From Candidatus Hadarchaeota archaeon (lineage in GTDB: Archaea > Hadarchaeota > Hadarchaeia > Hadarchaeales > Hadarchaeaceae): a stretch of DNA of 41,157 nucleotides. The stretch is taken from assembly GCA_040757795.1 (NCBI GenBank), contig JBFLWG010000003.1:1-41157 (forward strand), given 5' to 3'. How positions within the stretch are numbered: position 1 is the stretch's first letter; the number at the start of each line of letters is the position of its first letter. The notes below the pieces were generated by a model. That model saw only the letters and a list, made by a program, of their open reading frames with translations, searched no databases and had not been told where the DNA came from. The position numbers were made by a program, and so were the translations under genes. This document shows, one piece after another, positions 37,414-41,157 of the stretch.

Positions 37414-37648
37414 ACGGGACCCCCTAGAGTACAAGAGAATAAAGAAAGGATTCCAGCGGTTCGCCGCAGAAGGCGGGGGGGATCTCGTGGCAATCAAACC
37501 CCCCATATTCCGGCTCAGAATAGGTTCATGGCGGTTCTGGTTACACCGCACCCAAGCGGGGTATGATGTGGTGGATTTTTACTGGCGCGATCAGGCCTAC
37601 AGGCTTGAAGTCATCGAGAGGATGCTCAGGCGCGCGAGACTGCTCTGA
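37352..37648 (+). CDS. RelE/ParE-family toxin
   Basis: A.KKLEKL, GDL, FRLRIGSWRF, R.QAY; overlaps the antitoxin. Confidence 0.75.
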   Translation: MSELTVNWLPEAVKKLEKLSKRDPLEYKRIKKGFQRFAAEGGGDLVAIKPPIFRLRIGSWRFWLHRTQAGYDVVDFYWRDQAYRLEVIERMLRRARLL

Positions 37649-37714
37649 TTCTACAACCGTAGTTCAAAAGACGCGGCTCGGTGGGATTTGCGCCAAACTG
37701 CATGTGAACTTGGA

Positions 37715-39583
37715 TTATTTGGGCCCTTTCCCAGGCGCGATTACACTGATTTCGTCGCTCCCCTCGAAGTCCAACGCGCCGACCCTGCCCGTCACCTTCA
37801 GCGTCACGGTCCCGGGCGACAGCAGGCTCTGCACGGCGCTCCTGTCAAACTTCACCATCAAATCCGGGACGCCGTCTACGTCGTGATCGCCTATTGAGGT
37901 TGGATGAAGCTCGGCCGGAACGACGCCCTCGAGCAGGACCGTGCTTACGTCTATGTCAGAAACATCCTGCCCGATGGGGAGCTCTATGTAAGCGGTTATC
38001 CATTTGCCGTTGCTTTTGAGGTTCAAAGTGTCGGGCTTTATGTCGACCACTGCTTCGATCCTTTTCGGCAGCTCGAACATCACCGCGAATAGGCTGAGGT
38101 GAGTCGTCTCGCCGTAGATGATGTTGTTCTCGGTGTCGACGCGGGTTGTGATGTTTACCCAGCTCCCGTTTTCTAACACCTTCAGCTTCAAATCATTCTC
38201 CTGCTGGGATGCCCCATAATTGATGGCCAAAGTTATTTTGCCGGTGTACGCTGCGGTGGTCGTGATGTCGTAGTACGTGTTGTCCGGGACCAACTCGAAG
38301 TTTGCTGGCGGGCTTCCTGAAACAATTGTAGCTGTCGTGTCCCCCGCAACCGTGACGTTTTCAAAAGTTATCGTTACGTTTTCACTTACGACAACGTTAA
38401 CATTCTCCCCAATTAGAGTGTTGGGCACCTTTTGCCAAGTCAGAAAAGGATATCCATTGTTGAGGCCGGGATTTATGTTCCAAATGTCCTCGTTGTTTGC
38501 ATCGTCGTACGGGTTCCCGACGAAGTCCCAAGGTTCGGTCAAGCCTTCGCTCCAACCTACATCGGTGTAAGTCCGAACGTTTTTCATTTCGCTGGTCATC
38601 TTACCGGTGCCGCCGGCGCTGTCGATTAAACCAGAAACCTCGACATCCCAAAAATTACTAGTGTCTTGAATTAAACCATCCGCGCCCACCAGACCACCAA
38701 CTTCAGTATCGTAACTCAACGTATTCACATGGCTGGCAGAATAAGACTTGACTATTGACCCGCCCCCAATTCCTACTAAACCACCAACTTGTTCCGAACA
38801 AGTTACTTCACCTGTAGAATAACTATTGCTTATAACGCCGCTCAATTCTCCTACTAAACCACCTACTTTTTGTGTGCCAGTCACGTTTCCCGTATAATAC
38901 GATTTGTCAACGTAAGAATCAATAACCAATCCTATCAAACCACCTACCGACTCGCCACCACTTACGGTGGCAGTTGAATAACTATTGACAACGTTACCTC
39001 CACCGACGACTCCTATCAAGCCCCCCATAAAGTTGGAGCCGCTTACGGTGCCAGATGAATAACAGTTTTCTACAGCACCTCCAGCTTCCCCTCCCCAACT
39101 TCCCATACTCCCCACCAGTGCGCCAGTGGCCTCGCTGCCAACAGCGCTAACAACATACACATTTTCCAATCCAACATTTTTTATAACAACTGGTCGGGAC
39201 GTAACCCCAAAGAGTCCAACGTAGTAAAAATCATTTGGTCTATTTATGAATAAGTTTTTGACGGTGCGCCCCCTCCCATCAAAAGAGCCAGTAAACGGCA
39301 CTTCCCACCCTCCAACATCGTTACCAATTGGTTCGAAACCAAGGCTACCATTCCAGTTGACGGTTTCGCTGGCATCAATATCGTTCACCAGAATGTAGTG
39401 AGCACTCAGATTTTCCCTCATCTCCTGAAGTTGGTACACGTCGGTTATCTGGTAAGGGTCTTCTGGGGTTCCGCTTCCGCCGCCCGAAAATGCAGCTGCG
39501 GGCGCTGGCTGGATCAACAATAACATTAAGCCGATAAGAACAAGACTTCCTTTGAGCGCCAACTTGGTTATGTTGCACCTCAC
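37715..39583 (-). CDS. Secreted GLUG-motif repeat surface protein (start uncertain)
   Basis: Signal peptide, FSGGSGTPEDPYQI, PFTGSFDG, repeated VGGLVG, C-terminal DIKPDTLNLKS...DLMVKFDR domain. Confidence 0.85.
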   Translation of the reverse strand: MRCNITKLALKGSLVLIGLMLLLIQPAPAAAFSGGGSGTPEDPYQITDVYQLQEMRENLSAHYILVNDIDASETVNWNGSLGFEPIGNDVGGWEVPFTGSFDGRGRTVKNLFINRPNDFYYVGLFGVTSRPVVIKNVGLENVYVVSAVGSEATGALVGSMGSWGGEAGGAVENCYSSGTVSGSNFMGGLIGVVGGGNVVNSYSTATVSGGESVGGLIGLVIDSYVDKSYYTGNVTGTQKVGGLVGELSGVISNSYSTGEVTCSEQVGGLVGIGGGSIVKSYSASHVNTLSYDTEVGGLVGADGLIQDTSNFWDVEVSGLIDSAGGTGKMTSEMKNVRTYTDVGWSEGLTEPWDFVGNPYDDANNEDIWNINPGLNNGYPFLTWQKVPNTLIGENVNVVVSENVTITFENVTVAGDTTATIVSGSPPANFELVPDNTYYDITTTAAYTGKITLAINYGASQQENDLKLKVLENGSWVNITTRVDTENNIIYGETTHLSLFAVMFELPKRIEAVVDIKPDTLNLKSNGKWITAYIELPIGQDVSDIDVSTVLLEGVVPAELHPTSIGDHDVDGVPDLMVKFDRSAVQSLLSPGTVTLKVTGRVGALDFEGSDEISVIAPGKGPK

Positions 39584-39660
39584 TCTTACCCCAATAACAA
39601 TGAAGACGAATGGATAAATACTCGACTTGTTAGCCTGAAATTCCACTTCTGAAGCAGGTC

Positions 39661-40014
39661 TCACTTTTTGCCCATGTCCGTCAACTCAGCAACGGCTTTT
39701 TCAACAGTATTTTTGAGCTGCGGGATGTCCTTTTTTATCGTGCCCCAGACCTCTTCAAGTTTCACGTCAAAGTAAGCATGAATGAGCTTGTCTCTCATTC
39801 CTGAAACATCCTCCCACGGTATCTCTGGGTACTGCTGCCTTGTTTCTAGCGAAAGACGCTTTGTTGCCTCCCCTATCACCTCAAGTTCTCTAACAACGGC
39901 ACTCTGGGTTTTTGAATCATCCAAAAATTTTGCGTATCCCATGTTTTTTGTATATGACTGAACCCTAGATATAGCGTCCAAAATGTGCTTGAGGTACGGG
40001 AGGTCTCCCTTCAT
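39661..40014 (-). CDS. hepT: HEPN (DUF86/HepT) ribonuclease toxin
   Basis: LEVIGEA, PEIPW, RDKLIHAYF (RxxxxH plus Y). Confidence 0.9.
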   Translation of the reverse strand: MKGDLPYLKHILDAISRVQSYTKNMGYAKFLDDSKTQSAVVRELEVIGEATKRLSLETRQQYPEIPWEDVSGMRDKLIHAYFDVKLEEVWGTIKKDIPQLKNTVEKAVAELTDMGKK

Positions 40015-40424
40015 TCCACCGCCACCGCCTCGTTCTCTATGCTCTCGCGCATGTACGGGCTCACAGCATCGCGCGGTACCAGCTCCACCTTCACCCCCAG
40101 CAATTTAAAGAGTTCCATCTCCATTCCCACATGATCTATGAGGCTCGTCCCTTCCGGCATGTCCACCAGGAGATCCAAGTCACTGCCCGGCTTCGCGTCG
40201 CCCCTCGCCCTAGAGCCGAAAACCGCTATGTTTCTCACGCCGCGCTTCTTGAGGTACTGGACCGCCTGCTCCAGCATCTGGGAAGTCGAGGCGCCTCCTT
40301 TTTCGGAGATGAGCCTTCGTAGAACGTCTTCGTAGGTCTCCCGCAGGTGCAGTTTTAGCTCTTCCAACATTTTCTTAGTTTCTGCCGAGAGCTTGATGGT
40401 GGATTTCATTTTCTTAACCCCCAT
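40011..40424 (-). CDS. mntA: Minimal nucleotidyltransferase (MntA-like) with an N-terminal RHH-like domain
   Basis: AVFGSRARGD...SDLDLLV, LLGVKVELV; N-terminal STIKL...ETYEDVL. Confidence 0.88.
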   Translation of the reverse strand: MGVKKMKSTIKLSAETKKMLEELKLHLRETYEDVLRRLISEKGGASTSQMLEQAVQYLKKRGVRNIAVFGSRARGDAKPGSDLDLLVDMPEGTSLIDHVGMEMELFKLLGVKVELVPRDAVSPYMRESIENEAVAVE

Positions 40425-40496
40425 TTAGTATACTATGGTATACCGTAAAAACTTTCTGGATCGAGGTTTGATAGTATGCCAACAATACATTCACGA

Positions 40497-40781
40497 TTAA
40501 ACTTGGAGTCTCTTTTCCAGCGATTCCACGCGCTCTGGAATGTACGCATGCTTTCTGTGGTCGACTCCAACTACAAGAATGTCCGTGTTTTTCCCGTACG
40601 TAATGCGATAAACTCCAACCCTGAGCGCCCACAGAACACCGCGGATGTGCCTGACATCCCCCCTGCCTGTATCATGAAATTCCTCCAGGGCGCGGACAAT
40701 TCGCTTTCTTACGTCTGGCGGCAGTCTATCAAACTCTCGCTCCGCACCACGGTGTACGAGAACGGTCACTTGATACCCCAC
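40497..40781 (-). CDS. RelE/ParE-family toxin
   Basis: AEREFDRLP..VRKRI, GDV, LRVGVYRI, VDHRKHAY. Confidence 0.85.
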   Translation of the reverse strand: MGYQVTVLVHRGAEREFDRLPPDVRKRIVRALEEFHDTGRGDVRHIRGVLWALRVGVYRITYGKNTDILVVGVDHRKHAYIPERVESLEKRLQV

Positions 40782-40969
40782 TTTTGCTTGAGTTCGTCGA
40801 GAGTGACAAACTCTTTGCGCGGAGCCTTGAGCCGATTTTCCAGTTCAGCCAGCCGCTCCTCGTATGACGCGATCAAATCTTTTATGATCTCGTCGTAAGT
40901 TTCCCCCTTCCCGCCGATTGCCTTCAGCATGTCCCGCGTTTCCGGTTCGAGCTGAATTGTTGTCGCCAT
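40766..40969 (-). CDS. Putative antitoxin (RHH-like, TTxQL...ETYD family)
   Basis: MATTIQLEPETRDML...GETYDEII; paralog of the 37168 gene. Confidence 0.8.
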   Translation of the reverse strand: MATTIQLEPETRDMLKAIGGKGETYDEIIKDLIASYEERLAELENRLKAPRKEFVTLDELKQKWGIK

Positions 40970-40976
40970 ATAACCG

Positions 40977-41005
40977 CTATGTATTGTACATAGGTTCATA
41001 TAAAA
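40977..41005 (-). promoter_or_regulatory. TATA box and palindromic operator of the TA module
   Basis: Minus-strand TTTTATAT at 40998-41005; CTATGTA-N3-TACATAG at 40977-40993. Confidence 0.6.
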
Positions 41006-41030
41006 CTTGTTTGTTTACCCTTCAGTTTGG

Positions 41031-41157
41031 TGTATTATCCCACCACATGTGTCATACCCTGCCCATGAAGTACACTCTTGCCGGCGTTAAGTAGTTTAGC
41101 GCTTGGTGCGGTCTTTCGTAGTTGTAGTACCTGATGAATGCCCTGAGTGTCTTGTAC
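41031..41157 (-). mobile_element. End of an IS481-like insertion sequence (partial)
   Basis: Transposase C-terminus followed by a TGT-starting terminal sequence (TGTATTATCCC... on +). Confidence 0.7.
41052..41156 (-). CDS. DDE integrase-core transposase, C-terminal fragment
   Basis: Hand translation YKTLRAFIRYYNYERPHQALNYLTPARVYFMGRV*; YNxxRPHxxLxxxTP signature. Confidence 0.82.
   Translation of the reverse strand, partial: YKTLRAFIRYYNYERPHQALNYLTPARVYFMGRV

Noticed and set aside
37089-37720. Integron attC-like sites after the NTase stop (GTTTAAC...GTT) and after RelE (AAC...AGTTCA...TGAACT)
   Set aside because: Box spacing and pairing do not fit well, one site lacks GTT, and no integrase is in the window; an IntegronFinder run would settle it
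1-41157. tRNA, rRNA and CRISPR arrays
   Set aside because: Intergenic gaps are short; no cloverleaf signatures or regularly spaced repeats seen by eye

Overview
Gene-dense archaeal chromosomal segment with no tRNA, rRNA or CRISPR seen. Archaeal markers include L37e, Sm1, class I CCA enzyme, P0, aCPSF1/FttA, proteasome beta, egsA and a tungsten AOR. A Euryarchaeota-like lineage such as Hadarchaeia is plausible but only inferred. Bases 1-35248 are mostly housekeeping and metabolic: Lhr helicase (5' partial), Sm1-L37e, cca, a MinD/degenerate KaiC/type IV pilin cluster, argS, PAC2, a secreted Zn-dependent PLC/P1-type hydrolase, an M29 aminopeptidase, an acyl-CoA cluster, glycerate kinase, AOR, a PfkB kinase, a radical SAM enzyme, L11-L1-P0, PUA-SepF-ZPR1, psmB-aCPSF1 and egsA. 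Bases 35271-41157 are an accessory island with five toxin-antitoxin-like modules, a GLUG surface protein and the end of an IS481-like element. The best candidate for an undescribed system is the operon thiolase / DUF35-OB-fold::ketoacyl-CoA reductase fusion / CoA-transferase, divergent from acs. It suggests a scaffolded, ACP-independent thiolase-reductase complex. Other oddities are a P0 without its acidic tail and with no adjacent L12/P1, a His-heptad membrane coiled coil, and palindromic operators upstream of each RHH-like antitoxin. All family calls come from motif recognition by eye; no searches were run.
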